A stretch of 63,999 bases of DNA, filler included, from Rhabdomonas costata (GCA_019059605.1; 38 parts of 38 records of this genome joined end to end with filler, not necessarily neighbours in it), one strand, 5' to 3'. Shown: positions 1 to 12,141, counted from the whole stretch's first letter. Program-made: numbers and translations. The notes: a model not told the origin generated them from the letters alone.

Positions 1-333
1 TTGTTGTGGGTTGGCCTTCCCCTAATGCTGTCCTGCTCGTCCATTTCCGAGCCATTCTAGTCCTTAGCCAGCAACAGGTTTGAGTTGCCAAGCAAAATAC
101 TCGTCTGGGGAGCACTGGTAAAGTTTACACAACCCTCTTACACAAAAGCAATGTCATTTCGAGGACACTGGTGTGTTTTACCTAACTAGAAGTTAGTTTT
201 GCAAAAAAAAAAAAACTTTTTTTTGCAAACTGGGTTCCCCCCCTCAAACATTCATTGGGCCCGAATTGCTGGTTTGTGTTCATTTTTGGATCCGGGGCGA
301 GGTGTTGTGGTGATGGTCGGGTGGTGTGAACAG

Positions 334-515
334 CAATCGCAGTACAACCTGATCCGGTGGATGGCAATCCATTTCCCCGGAGGGGTACTAATCTACCGCG
401 TGGTGATGGCCGCCTCCTTTGTGGTGTTCTCGGTGACCCACCTCATGGCCGCCCTGGTGATCAATGTGCACACTACCTTCCTCTTCAACGAGAGGGTCGC
501 GTTGCGCGCCATGCG
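334..515 (+). CDS. Internal exon of a membrane protein, possibly an ion-channel S6-like helix
   Basis: CAG acceptor at 331-333 and GTAATC donor at 516. Encodes QSQYNLIRWMAIHFPGGVLIYRVVMAASFVVFSVTHLMAALVINVHTTFLFNERVALRAM with one long hydrophobic helix. The family call is weak. Confidence 0.35.
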
Positions 516-1687
516 GTAATCGCCAACTGCCAACCGACCGCAGAGAGAGGGAGGTGGTGTGTATACTTCATCTGTTTGCTCTGATTTGTTCTGCGATGTG
601 CTGGGCGTGTGGATATTCCGGAGAGATATTCCAGGACGACAATCCGCTCTGTCAGGCGAGTCAGGCAATGATGTTGCGGCGTGCCTTCATGTCGTGATGC
701 CCACAATGAGGAATGTTGTTTCGGTGTGGCGTGTCGAGGTTGAGGGTGCTTGTTTGTCCATCCTACTCCTACTGCGTGTGTGCGTGTGAATTGTTCCACC
801 GAAAAGGAGAGCTTGGGTTTGCTTTTGCAAAGGGTTCTTTTCCTGCCTGTTTTTTTTTGGGGGGGGGGTCTGGATGCTCATTGCCTATCCTTTGGCTGGT
901 TGTCTGCTTTGCATACGTGTGCATGCCTGAACGACCACTTCTGATCTCTTGTTGCCTTGTTGCGTGCAGTCCATTGGATTTAGCAGGGAGAGAGAGGGGG
1001 TGAATCAACTGATGTTTGCTCGCTTAGCTCCAGAGTTTCCACAGGCGCCGCAAAAGTGCAGCTTGGAGTGCACAGCACTGGAATACAAATTTTCGTGGCA
1101 TGTACACTTCGCGAATCCTGATACTGAGAGAGCTGAACGTTTGTATTCAACACTTCACTATCAAGAATAAAATACCACTTGTCCGACTGCATGATTGTTA
1201 CTACTCGGAACTTATCCTGCTAAAATCAACAAACACTGAGTGCCGCGCGAGCGGAGGTATGCCGTTGCTAATTTCCAGAAAAATTCATTGCGCATACAAG
1301 TGTGTTGTACTTGAACCGTCCGTCTTACTTTGGTGGCTGTTTTTGTTCGCGTTCAAACGCAGCGTTCTGTTATTGCACTCCTATTTATCAGCCTTGCTTA
1401 TTTGCAATGTTGATGAGCTCCCCCGCCGTGTTTGTCCATGATCCCTACACGCTGGGCGGTGTGCCTCGTTTTGGTGATTTGGAAAGGTGGGCAAGTTATC
1501 TGTCATTGTGGTGGAATGTTGCAGATTCTTCTTCTTTCGCAGGGGTTCCGCTGGAAAGAAGAAGAATCTGCAACATTCCCCCATAAANNNNNNNNNNNNN
1601 NNNNNNNNNNNNNNNNNNNNNNNNNNNNNNNTTAATTAATTAANNNNNNNNNNNNNNNNNNNNNNNNNNNNNNNNNNNNNNNNNNNN

Positions 1688-3264
1688 GGTGTGGTCCTCG
1701 GCAGTGCACGAAGCTCTGGTTATCCAGGCGCCACTGTAGGTTCCGGAACCAAGAAGTGGGAGACGTTCCATTTTATCAGAGGATTCCCGATCAAACCGTT
1801 TCCCCAGAGCTTCGTGCACTGCCGAGGACCACACATTCTGCTCCATCCAAGACGAAATCTCGGGGTCCTCCATGACAGCTTGCAGGTTTCCCGCCAACCA
1901 TCTGCTGCGCAAAGGGCCTGCCATAGCGGGGAGTAACTCCCAGAGAGTGTCCACTGCGCGCAAAAGGTCGGGGTCGAGGCGGCTGAGGGGCAGCCCCGCG
2001 CGCCCCGAAGCTGAGGTCAGGAAAGAGGCAAGGGCCGCCTGAGGATGGATGTTCACCGCGTCGGATGCTCCCATTCCGCCGAGGCGAGTGTCCAGTTCCG
2101 CCCCAATGACGGTTTCCCATGTCCGAACGAGGAGCAGGCGGACCTTCTGGGTGAAGCTGCAGCATTCAGAGTAGGGCGCAGTTCTCAGCAGGTGGACAAC
2201 TTTTCCTGCACCAAGACAACTGCGCAGAATGTGTGATGCGGCCTGAGGGTCGCCGAAACACTCCAGCTTCTCCAATGCGGCCTCCAACTTTTCGTAAATA
2301 GTATCTTGTTCGGCTCTAACGAACGGCGCCTGCATCTCCCTGCTGAGTTCCCCGCTGGGATACGATGCAACCGCCAGGACCGTGCAAAGTAGTCGGAGAG
2401 CCATAGCAAAAAACCGCATACGGCAGGAAGTGGGGACGTATGCTGACAATCGCCCGCAACATGGCTGACCGGTCCAACGTGTTGAACGCGTTGCTGAAGT
2501 CCAGCAGCATCAGAGCATGGTCGGCGGGAACCCACTCCTTCGCTTTGTGGATGATTGCCTCCGTTGCACCCTGCACGCCGACTCCGAGCTGAAGCGGTGC
2601 AAGTGTTTCCACCGCCAGGGCTTGATATCTGCCAACGAGGCACTTCGCTGCCAGCCGACGTAAGGGTCTCACCCACCGCAATGGGGCGCACACCAGATGG
2701 CTTCTTAGCCAGGGGAATCAGCCGAGCACCACAGAAGAGGTCACACTGGTCGCTGGGCAGATTGTTCCGGACAAACTCCGAGCAAAAGGACGCAAGCGCC
2801 TCGTGGAGGTGTCGAGCCTCGGAATCAGGACCGAGCGGAATGTGGAAGCTTTTAGTCCCATTCGGGCTGCATCATCGCCGGAGGAATCGTCCTGGAGGCA
2901 TAAATGACCTTGCATACTCCAAGGCAACTGCGTAGAAGCTGGAGGGCTGTTTGTGGGCAATCCAGAGCCAACAAACGCTCGGTGTAATAATGAAGCTTCT
3001 CAGTGAGCTTTGCCGCGTACTCTTCGAAGGCATCTGAAGGACCCACAAAAGAGCCCAGGATGCACAGTCCCTCAGCAAACGAAACCTGCCGTCTAAATGT
3101 CTTCAGGAGAGGGGAGGAAAGATCCTCCACGGGACCCCAGATAACACACTTTTGCGGGTTCAAAGACACCCCAACCAAGTTGGCACGTGGAACAAGATGA
3201 TCAAGTGCCACAGAAATTTGTTTTTCCGACCCAATCAAGTGACCATCGTCCATGTAAAACCCCC
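1688..3264 (-). mobile_element. Degenerate, rearranged CRE-like non-LTR retrotransposon reverse transcriptase (two element fragments)
   Basis: Motifs: FYMDDG (~3240-3260), ARLIPLAKKPSGVRPIAVGETL/RRLAAKC, QLGVGVQGATEAIIH, LLDFSNAFNTLDR, GTQQGD, LRSCLG (twice), RLGGMG, SGAW. There is a frameshift near 2662 and a deletion after QQGD. Confidence 0.9.
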
Positions 3265-3364
3265 NNNNNNNNNNNNNNNNNNNNNNNNNNNNNNNNNNNN
3301 NNNNNNNNTTAATTAATTAANNNNNNNNNNNNNNNNNNNNNNNNNNNNNNNNNNNNNNNNNNNN

Positions 3365-3419
3365 TGTTTTTGGTGTTACACTCTTCCCGCACTCTGGTGC
3401 CTGTGCCGCAGTGCCGTGA
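3365..3419 (+). repeat. Repeat family A, copy 1 (ends ...GCCGCAGTGCCGTGA)
   Basis: Near-identical to 54046-54100 and to the reverse complement of 55446-55501. Confidence 0.9.
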
Positions 3420-5067
3420 TTTTGGGACCTCAAAAATAAATTCCGTGCCAAAAGAATTTCAATTTTTTAAAAAATATTTTTCGTTCTCCTGCTTTCTGCT
3501 CCAATTTTATTTCTCTTTTTTTTCCAGGTTTTTGGAGTTAATTTTAACAAAACGAAATGTTTCCAGGCGATTCAAAAAGCACGAGCTCGTCAAGGAAAAT
3601 GTGGCTGCCAGCACCATTTGTCACCCTTACAACAATGTTCAACGAATATAAAATCTGCTGGAAAAGTTGCCGTGAAGCTATAATGGCTCGGATTAATTCA
3701 ACTCAAAAAATTAATTCAACTCCGGTTATCCGGCGGATCACCAAAAAAAATGGCTCAAGGAGACCAATGAAAGAACATACCCATTCATATTTGAGATTGA
3801 AAATAATGTATCTTCATATAATTGTTCAACTTCGACGCTGATCCATAGATCCAAGATTTGCGCTGGTCCATCTTTACGGTAACGGGGGGAGGGATTTAAG
3901 AATCTAGATGAACAAATTAACGGTGAGTACTCTTCTAGCCTCGTGGAAAAGGCGAAAATTAGAAAAAAAAAGACAAGCTGAAACCGAAAGCTGAAAGCCC
4001 AGGTTGATGTTCACCAGAAAGACGATTTTCGGCTCAGAAAGGCAGGATTCGCGATCCTGAATGCTCTTTTCTGAGCACTATACGAAGAAAGTCGTCAAAA
4101 CAGAAAGGGAACAAGTAACTGAAAAGAACTCGAGATGTGCCTTGTGGAACTGCACTTGGACGGGAGCTGAAGTTTTTCCCCCTCCGAGTTGGCATTGAAG
4201 GTAAACATCCACAATGAGGATGAAATAGCGTGAGAATGCTTTAACACGGCTTAAATTTCTCAAAGATGCGCTCGACGAGTGTAACGTCCGACTCTTTCTT
4301 TAAATTTCGCACTGCGCAAGAGGCAAGAAAGTTTTTCCTTTAGGTGGAAGAATTCAGCTCGGCGGCTTAAGTGCCGAAGACAGGGTGTTGCCCATGTACC
4401 CAAGACGCTGCTTCATTTCGCAAACCCCAAAAAGGTGTGTGGTTTCTGGTGTACATGCACACCAGAAACGGAGAACAGGCCACGTGAAACGCTGAGTTAT
4501 TTATTACACGTAACCTCTAGCTGATAGCTTTCACAATAAAGTGCAACATTCAGCAGTGGACCTCATTCTTTTCATCACGGATCCGAATGACCTTTTGTCG
4601 GAGGAAACCTTGTTTGTGCAGCGCCCGTGCCCTCAGGAACGCACTGTAAGAACTGTGGTCTCAAATCCCCTTGCAAGCCGAAATGTCCAGCTGCTCCCTG
4701 GAACGCAGTCCCACGTCAGGAGGAAACTGAATTGCGAAAGATGGAAAGGCCGTTAAAGAATCCCCTTCCCAGGCAAGTCCTCAGAAAACAGGTAAACCTT
4801 CACCCCCAGCCGATAGGCCAGTACCAGTAGCAGCAGTATTCGCCCGTTGCCTCCCAAACAAAGGGGGACTTCGTCAGCGAAACAAACCTGCACACGACAG
4901 AAGCCACGCATTGCCTTGCGCACGAACGTTTCTGGCCCAGTCCACACACAACNNNNNNNNNNNNNNNNNNNNNNNNNNNNNNNNNNNNNNNNNNNNTTAA
5001 TTAATTAANNNNNNNNNNNNNNNNNNNNNNNNNNNNNNNNNNNNNNNNNNNNTGTGTGTTGTGGCAG

Positions 5068-6439
5068 ACCCCTGTGCCCGTGGAGGTGACGCGCCAGGTG
5101 GAGGTGCCTGTGCCCGTGGAGACCGTGCGTGAGGTGGAGCAGCTGTACCCTGTGGAGTACACCGTGGAGCAGGTCTCTCTTTTTTTTTTTTTGCCTCTTG
5201 TACCTTGTGAGAGAAGGCGCTGTCAGTTTAGCTTTGACATTTGCATAGCTTCCGCTTCCTTAGCTGGACTGAGAGGCTGTGCTCCGTATGGGCAGTGCTG
5301 CGTTGTTGGTCGTAACTTCTAGGTGTGCGATGGGTTTTGCAGACGGTGCAAGTGAAGGTCCCGAGGCCCGTGCCGGAGCCCGTCTCTGTGCCCGTACCCG
5401 TGGAGCAGATCGTGGAGAAGGCCGTGCCCGTGCCCGTGGAGCGCATCATCCACCGCCAGGTGGGCGCTGTTGGGCGCTTCCCCATATGCTCTCCCCTCAT
5501 CGTGGCCCTGTTCAATGGTTTTTTTTGGCATTCTGGCATTCGTTTGTGGTGTTTGTGCCGATGGTGGGGGTTTTTCTTGATGTTTTTCAGGTGCCCACCC
5601 CCGTGCAGCAGACGATTGAGAACATTGTGCGGGTGCCGCGTCAGGTGGTGCAGACTGTCACCGTGCAGGTTGTGGCGCGCACGCGCGCTCGCTCACTTAC
5701 CACGAGTCAGAAACCGCCCGCTCGTTCCATGATACATATCATGTGATCGTAGATCTTACGTCCATTCCGACTGTTTGTTACTATAGTTTAAATTCGCTTC
5801 CATCTTATTCATATTGATCGTGCCTGCACTCGCTCTCAGGTGCCCTACCACGTGGAGCAGGTCATCGTGCAGGACGTGCCGTTCCCCGTGGTGGAGGTCG
5901 TCGAGAACATCATCGAGCGCACGGTGTGTGTGCTTGTGTCTGTTTGTGGTTGTGTCTCTGCGGGTGGCTATCTTCTGGCGTTGTGGTGGTTTTGGGAGTG
6001 TTGGCTACTGGCCCCACTAACCCGTGTACTTCTTTGCATTTTGTCTTACAAACACCTGTGTCATTTCTCTTGCCTCAACGTCTTTGTAGCTTTGTGTTTT
6101 CTCTCACTTTTGCCCATTGACTCGGGGCCTTTGCTTTCTCAGCAGTGCTCCTCTCTGCGTTGTGGTTATGCTTTCTTTCCCTGCAGGTCCCGCAGCCGTA
6201 CCAGGTGCAGGTCCCCGTGCCCGTGGAGGTTAGGGTGCCGCACCCCGTGACGAAGGTCATCGAGAGGTCTGTGTGTGCATGACACCCCCGCTGCCTGTCG
6301 GTCACCTTTGGCAGATGCTGATTTATGCTCATCAGTTTGTCGTCTCACCACTTTGTACTCGTGCAGGACGGTTCCCCAGACGGTGACGAAGGTGGTGGAG
6401 CGCCGCGTGGAGGTGCCGCAGGACGTGCCCTACCCTGTG
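5068..6439 (+). CDS. Articulin-like (VPV-repeat epiplasm/pellicle) protein, partial; exons 5068-5172, 5343-5459, 5591-5668, 5840-5923, 6187-6266, 6367-6439
   Basis: Six GT-AG-bounded exons splice in frame to V/P/E-rich repeats (VEVPVPVE, VPVPVEQIVEKAVPVPVERII, VEVPQDVPYPV). Confidence 0.9.
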
Positions 6440-6519
6440 GTATGGTAGCGGTTCTCGCTTCGAATCTGTTCTGGGCTGCAGCTTGATGCATTTCTATTGT
6501 GGCTCGTATGGATTCTCCT

Positions 6520-6640
6520 TTCGTTATGGGCTCTGCTTCTCGTGTTCTGAATGGAAGTGGATGGTTGTGCCCCTTTTTCAGGAGGAGGTGCACAACCATC
6601 CACTTCCATTCAGAACACGAGAAGCAGAGCCCACAACAAA
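6520..6640. repeat. Contig-terminal fold-back inverted repeat (probable amplification artefact)
   Basis: Arms of ~50 bp match except at the terminal A/C-only bases and next to the loop. Confidence 0.85.
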
Positions 6641-6859
6641 NNNNNNNNNNNNNNNNNNNNNNNNNNNNNNNNNNNNNNNNNNNNTTAATTAATTAANNNN
6701 NNNNNNNNNNNNNNNNNNNNNNNNNNNNNNNNNNNNNNNNGGTGGTGGTGTAGAAGAAGAAACTGGAGTGCCACGTCCACCGAGGCCGCCACCACCGCGA
6801 CCGCGTCCATTTCCATGAAGGGCGTGGACCGCCCGGTTATGGGCGCGACGAGAGACGGC

Positions 6860-7340
6860 GACGAAGTGAGGAGAGTAGCGACGAAGCGTTAAGAAGGGGC
6901 CCCACGAATACGAACGCAGTGAGAATGAGTGGGGATAGGGAGACATGAGTACGAACGACCGGAGGCAATGAGAACGAATGTCGACTAGGAACGAGGAACG
7001 CAGTGACGAGTGACAGGAGGAGGAACGTAGACACGAGCGTAGCGAGAGTCGGAGTGACCAGAATACCAACAGATGTGAACATGAGGACATTGGGGAGCGT
7101 AGCGACGATAGGACGAATGTGAACCGGTAACGTGAGTGGAAGCGCGTAGCGGTGGAACGAACCACACAAAGAGGAAGCATGCGAAGGCCTGAGCATGCTT
7201 ACGTTGGAGGAACGAGGAGCGTAGCGACGAGTGACAGCATACACGACCGTAGGGAGTAGGAACAGTGAGCTAGCGACCCGTGCAGCGGGGAGCGCAGCGA
7301 ACCATCACATCTAGGAGGAACGACCGGAGCGTAGCGGAGG
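6860..7340 (+). repeat. Purine-rich cluster of GAGCG(T/C)AGCG(A/G) motifs and longer degenerate units
   Basis: Motif at 7035, 7095, 7217, 7290 and 7327, with variants at 6871, 7144 and 7267. The unit GAACGAGGA.CG.AG.GACGAGTGACAG occurs at ~6989 and ~7210. Confidence 0.75.
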
Positions 7341-7755
7341 GAGTGACGACAACAACAACCCCCAAATGCCTATTCCTGTCACTACGCATGCCCTCCCCCA
7401 CCATTAGGTGCGTACGGTCATGCTCCGTCCGGGCGAAGCCATGCAGGAATACCAAGAGACGGTTCAGGTTGAGGGGTTGGTAGGAACGAAGGATGGGTCA
7501 AGCAGTGGAGCCATCCGTAGTAGTGAATCAGAGGGCATCGCGATAGAGGGTGAGGGTGAGGGTTCAGCTTCACACCTGGTAGGAGGGGTTGTCAGCAAGA
7601 TGCCTACACTCTATTCCCCTGGACACCCTACTACAGTCGTGCATCCTTCCACCTTACGCTCACTCTCAATCCCTCGATTCGTTGACAAACACACCCTCAA
7701 CCTCACCATCACAAACACAACAACAGTACGACACAAGCACTAAGAACGTGAGACC

Positions 7756-8260
7756 ACACACAACGCTACCACCAACAACATCCATCCACACACAACGCTA
7801 CCACCAACAACATCCATCCACACACAATCCTACCACCAACAGGACAAGCACAGAGAAGCACAGCACGACTCCACTACAAGCACAGCACAACACCTGACCC
7901 ACAACAACAGCACAGAACCCGATAAGCCCAACACAACCACCCTACGACATCAGGACAACACAAACGCAGGACACAACAGCATAACCGAAGCACAACGACA
8001 GACCCACTCCAACCACAACCAACCCAACGCCCAGCAACAGGACCAACGTGAGACAGCACAACGTGAGACAGACCAACAGTGAGACCAACAGCAAGCACAC
8101 ACCCAACGCTACAGCCACAACAACAGAGAGCATTGTAGATACGGACACTGTGAGCATGGTTGACAGAACCTGAGACAGAGAGCATGGCTGAGAGTGAGCA
8201 AGGTTGACAGCAACGGATACGGCATGGTTGACACGAACACTGAGAGCATGGTGGACTCCG
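7756..8260 (+). repeat. A/C-rich tandem repeats: a 32-nt unit x2.5 at ~7756-7842 and (A/G)GCA(T/A)GG(T/C)TGA-type units at ~8140-8255
   Basis: ACACAACGCTACCACCAACAACATCCATCCAC is directly repeated. AGCATGGTTGAC variants recur about five times. Confidence 0.8.
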
Positions 8261-8960
8261 ACACACTACGCACCACCACCAACAACAACAACTACCCCTA
8301 ACCCTACACCTACTACACCTACTACACCNNNNNNNNNNNNNNNNNNNNNNNNNNNNNNNNNNNNNNNNNNNNTTAATTAATTAANNNNNNNNNNNNNNNN
8401 NNNNNNNNNNNNNNNNNNNNNNNNNNNNGGTTGTTTGTGGCTGCATTGGTTGCATGCGATACTTTTAAAGACAACCCATACACACACACTTGGTGCACTT
8501 GGCAAGGATGAGTTTTTTCTGGGGAGGACTCGAGGGTCCACTTCCCCCCTGGGCTCCCACCTTTGGATGGGGCATGGACCCATCGGGCCTCACACCCTTG
8601 TCGGCCCATGGTACCTTGTCCCGCTGTCTTGTCACGTAGGGTTGGTTTACCCCATGTGACCCCCGATCCACAATGTCCGATCCACAACACACAAACAGAT
8701 GAGGGGCACCCCAGAATTTTATTTTTCAATCAACCCCGGTGGTTTCTTTGTCTCGCCAAACTATGCATGCAACGCACGCTTCCTGGGTGCTGGCACGGAG
8801 ACCCCCATAATCCTGTTATAATACGTGGGGGAACCACTTCACCACAAAACAGGATTGTCAACACATCTCCCTTCGACTGACCCGTTGAGTCCCAACATCT
8901 GTCACCGAGCGAGTACAGCGATTGGTTACGGTCTTACAATGATCCTTTTGTTTGACACAC

Positions 8961-9263
8961 TTGCATGCGGAGTCTCTCCGAGCCACGCAGAATGACTGAG
9001 GGGTTGGTGCCCAAACACCTCACGAGCACTGTGTGGGGCTGCCCAGGGGCAGCAGCTAGTGTCAAGTGCCTGCGAGACAGGCGCATATCGAAGAGCTCAG
9101 GGGGCGATCCACGGCCCACGGCCAGTGCCGGGGCGCCCTCGACAGGAACCCCAATCCACGGCAGTGCCCCTGCAAGTGCCTGGTTCGCACTACCGCCACC
9201 GCCGCTAGTTGGGCTACTGCTGCTCGCTTCCGAGTTCAGATCAGGGACGGGGCGAAGAAACAT
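8961..9263 (-). CDS. First exon of a protein with a PNKP/APTX/APLF-type FHA domain
   Basis: ATG at 9263 and GT donor at 8960. Encodes AVGRGSPPELFDMRLSRRHLTL...VRCLGTNPS, matching the GR...SRxH...GxNP FHA signature. Confidence 0.75.
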
Positions 9264-9274
9264 AGTATACAAAG

Positions 9275-9303
9275 CTGCGGTGCAAAGAAAAGAAGAACAA
9301 GGG
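9275..9303 (-). promoter_or_regulatory. Polypyrimidine tract plus CAG 11 nt upstream of the FHA start codon; candidate SL trans-splice (or 5'-UTR intron) acceptor
   Basis: Minus strand reads CCCTTGTTCTTCTTTTCTTTGCACCGCAG-CTTTGTATACT-ATG. Confidence 0.55.
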
Positions 9304-9801
9304 CAAGCATGAAAATACCCCCATGTAATGCTTAAATCCTGCTACTGCCCCCGACCCGCGTATAAAGTCCTGAGACCCATTGGGACAAGCGGTGTATCGA
9401 AGGTTTGCGGCTTGCGCTGATGAGAACCGAGAAGGCAAAAACACGGAAACATCACTCGTCGCTCAGTCATACGGCTTGGTGAGAGGTTTGTTGTAAGTAC
9501 CGTATATATTCCGCTAACCTGAGGTATCGTCGCTTGAAGCAACGAAGCAACCCCTCCCACCCCTCCCCTTGCCAGAATCATTATTCTGCTATTCTGCACA
9601 GGCCCTCTGCCGCTATATCAAACCACAGACACACCGAGTGTTCGCTACCACTGCCACGGCGGTGGCGGCGATGCCACAATGGGAAAAGCGCAAGAAAAGA
9701 TTTACAGTGCTAAGAAAGAAAAGCGCATGCTGTCTGAGTCCAAGGGACAAGGTCGGCATTGTTCGGAAACGAGGGGCGGGAAGCAGGACTCAGGCTGGCG
9801 G

Positions 9802-9953
9802 TCAAATCTCGGGCTTGCAGCAGTCCTGCACAGGAGCCACAGCGGCAGCAGAGGCATCCCCCACGGGGAAGAGGCTGTCCTTCCTCTTCAGCACGGAGAT
9901 GAGACTGCGAAGAGAGTCCTCGGGGAGAGACCCGTGCCCAGACAGTGCCGTCG
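9802..9953 (-). CDS. Probable terminal exon of an unknown upstream gene
   Basis: TTTTTCTGTGTGACAG acceptor followed by TALSGHGSLPEDSLRSLISVLKRKDSLF...KPEI and a stop. Confidence 0.4.
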
Positions 9954-10116
9954 CTGTCACACAGAAAAATGATGGCGAAGCATGCAACCGCACGCCAATA
10001 GTCAACCCAAACCACANNNNNNNNNNNNNNNNNNNNNNNNNNNNNNNNNNNNNNNNNNNNTTAATTAATTAANNNNNNNNNNNNNNNNNNNNNNNNNNNN
10101 NNNNNNNNNNNNNNNN

Positions 10117-10222
10117 GGCACCGTCACCGGCCGAGGGTGAAAGGTCGGGACTCTCCTGACCCCAAGGACCGGCCACGCAGCGTTTCGGGAGGCCTGCTGT
10201 ATATACAAAAGACCCCAGGCCT
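10117..10222 (-). repeat. Repeat family B, copy 1 (GC-rich, stem-forming)
   Basis: Reverse complement matches 13950-14063, including an identical core CAGGCCTCCCGAAACGCTGCGTGGCCGGTCCTTGGGGTCAGG. Confidence 0.9.
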
Positions 10223-10594
10223 GCTTCGGCTTAGCCCTCCTTATAGTGAATAGCTGAAGCTACAAAATATACACGAGCTGATGGATGTCAGCCACCACAC
10301 AATAGGACAATAGGCCGCCTTGGGGTGGGTGAAAGTCCTAATCCAGGACAAATCACTCCCTTTCTGGAGGAAAAGCTGATAGCAAAAACCCGAGCGTGTG
10401 TGACAGCAAAAAAATCATGAGGCGATTTTCTTTGTTTTGTTGTGGATTTTAAAAAGTGTAACATGGTTTTGAGCTGCAAAAGAAAGTGCAAAACAAATGG
10501 AGAAAAGTGAATCGGACACATGCCCTCCTTCCACGGGGATGTGATTTGAGCATCTCACGCCAACCAACCGTCCCCTCATAGCACCCATCAGCAC

Positions 10595-11212
10595 CTGTTT
10601 GCTTGGGCGAGCAGTTGCTCAAGATCAGCAAGGCGGTTGTCCCACTCTGTCTTTGTGTTCTGGGCCAAGTGAGCGGCGCGCTGCGCTGACGAGACCCTTT
10701 CCTGCAGAGCCGCGGCGGCACCAAGCAGCCTGAGGAAGATACCGTACAACTCCACTAAAAAAGGAAAACCGAAACGTCGACTCTGCTCCGTTCACTATAA
10801 TAATCTCCCAAATCTTCCATTTCGCCATAACTGTACGTTTGGTGGAAACAATGACACAGCGTCTAGCTAATAACGATGCACTGAGACAGAAACACGCGGA
10901 CATTCCAAGCAGTTACCATCGGTCGCAGGGACATGCAGGGACACACGTAAATACATGTATAAATCTCAACTCTACCAGTACCGTGGCCTCCACAATTTGG
11001 GACGCTATCCACAGTACAGAAAGGAGAGAAAGAGAAGCGCAGGTGGATGGGGGGGGGGAACGGAAAGGTGAGGTACATTTGCAGAGAGGGCCCTTGGGAG
11101 CAGAGTTTACAGTGCAGCTCGGCAAGGCACCGCGCGGCCTCCTCAGCGTCCGCCAGGAGCCCACCGTTGAGAGACCCGAACACCCCCTCCAGAATCTCCG
11201 TCAGTGCCTGCC
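10595..11212 (-). CDS. Two exons (11077-11212, 10595-10729) of an unknown helical/coiled-coil protein
   Basis: Both exons are GT-AG bounded, and the phase-2 junction joins as AT|G. Product reads QALTEILEGVFGSL...SLQM-LLGAAAALQERVSSAQ...LADLEQLLAQAN. Confidence 0.7.
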
Positions 11213-12141
11213 CTGCAAAAGAGCATAAACAGGACAATGCAAAAGCACCCACCTGAACCATTCTGTCTCGTATTGCCCTCCCACGTCGGTGGGGGGAGGA
11301 ATTCCCGCCACTCCCCTACGCCCTTTCAAACATTGGGGTCCGTGATTTAAATCCCACCAGTGTGGTGCAGGGACAGGGGTAAACTGTCCCCTCCTTACTC
11401 CCTTTTTCCCACTTTTTGCCTGCACAGCAACCAAAACAGGCCCGCCCATCGCCTGCTGCCTTTTCTGCCAATGTGAATAATGTGAACTTGCGGAGATATA
11501 ATAAAAACCCATTTCCATCCTTAACCGACCCACTGTTCCCGTGTCCCACCATTAGAAACAAACACTCACACCAGAAACCAAAGACAAAAACAAGCATCGG
11601 AAGCAAGACTGCTCCGGCATTTTCAGGGAATCCCCCCTCTGCATTCAACAAACTTCTTTGCTGAAGCAGAGAGACAGCTGCAGCATCAGACGGGCCCTGC
11701 GGGGNNNNNNNNNNNNNNNNNNNNNNNNNNNNNNNNNNNNNNNNNNNNTTAATTAATTAANNNNNNNNNNNNNNNNNNNNNNNNNNNNNNNNNNNNNNNN
11801 NNNNTCTGGAATAGCGCATACCGTATTGACACACACCGAGACTGGTGTCTGGGGTGTGGCAACACTTCTTCACTTCTTCACACTGCTTTGGTGGACGTAT
11901 TTATCTGCCTCCACGGGCTTTCGATTTTCTCTCGCTGCCTGGTCACTTCTTAGCAACGCATTGACGATTACCCCTCTGCTGCAGGATGGAGATCCCCCTT
12001 GAGAAACCTCAATGGAATATTGAACCATAGTTTGCGGAGCTCCTACTCTCGGCCCTCGCCGAGTCTGTTTCAGTCAATTGGCTTCACACACTGAGTTACT
12101 GAGTTGGGTGTAAAGGGTAAACACTGGTTGGAATCTTTATT

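Noticed and set aside
8296-8328. Telomeric CCCTAA repeats at contig ends (also ~18409-18421 and ~47124-47135)
   Set aside because: Fewer than two full units each, and adjacent to A/C-rich primer-derived ends.
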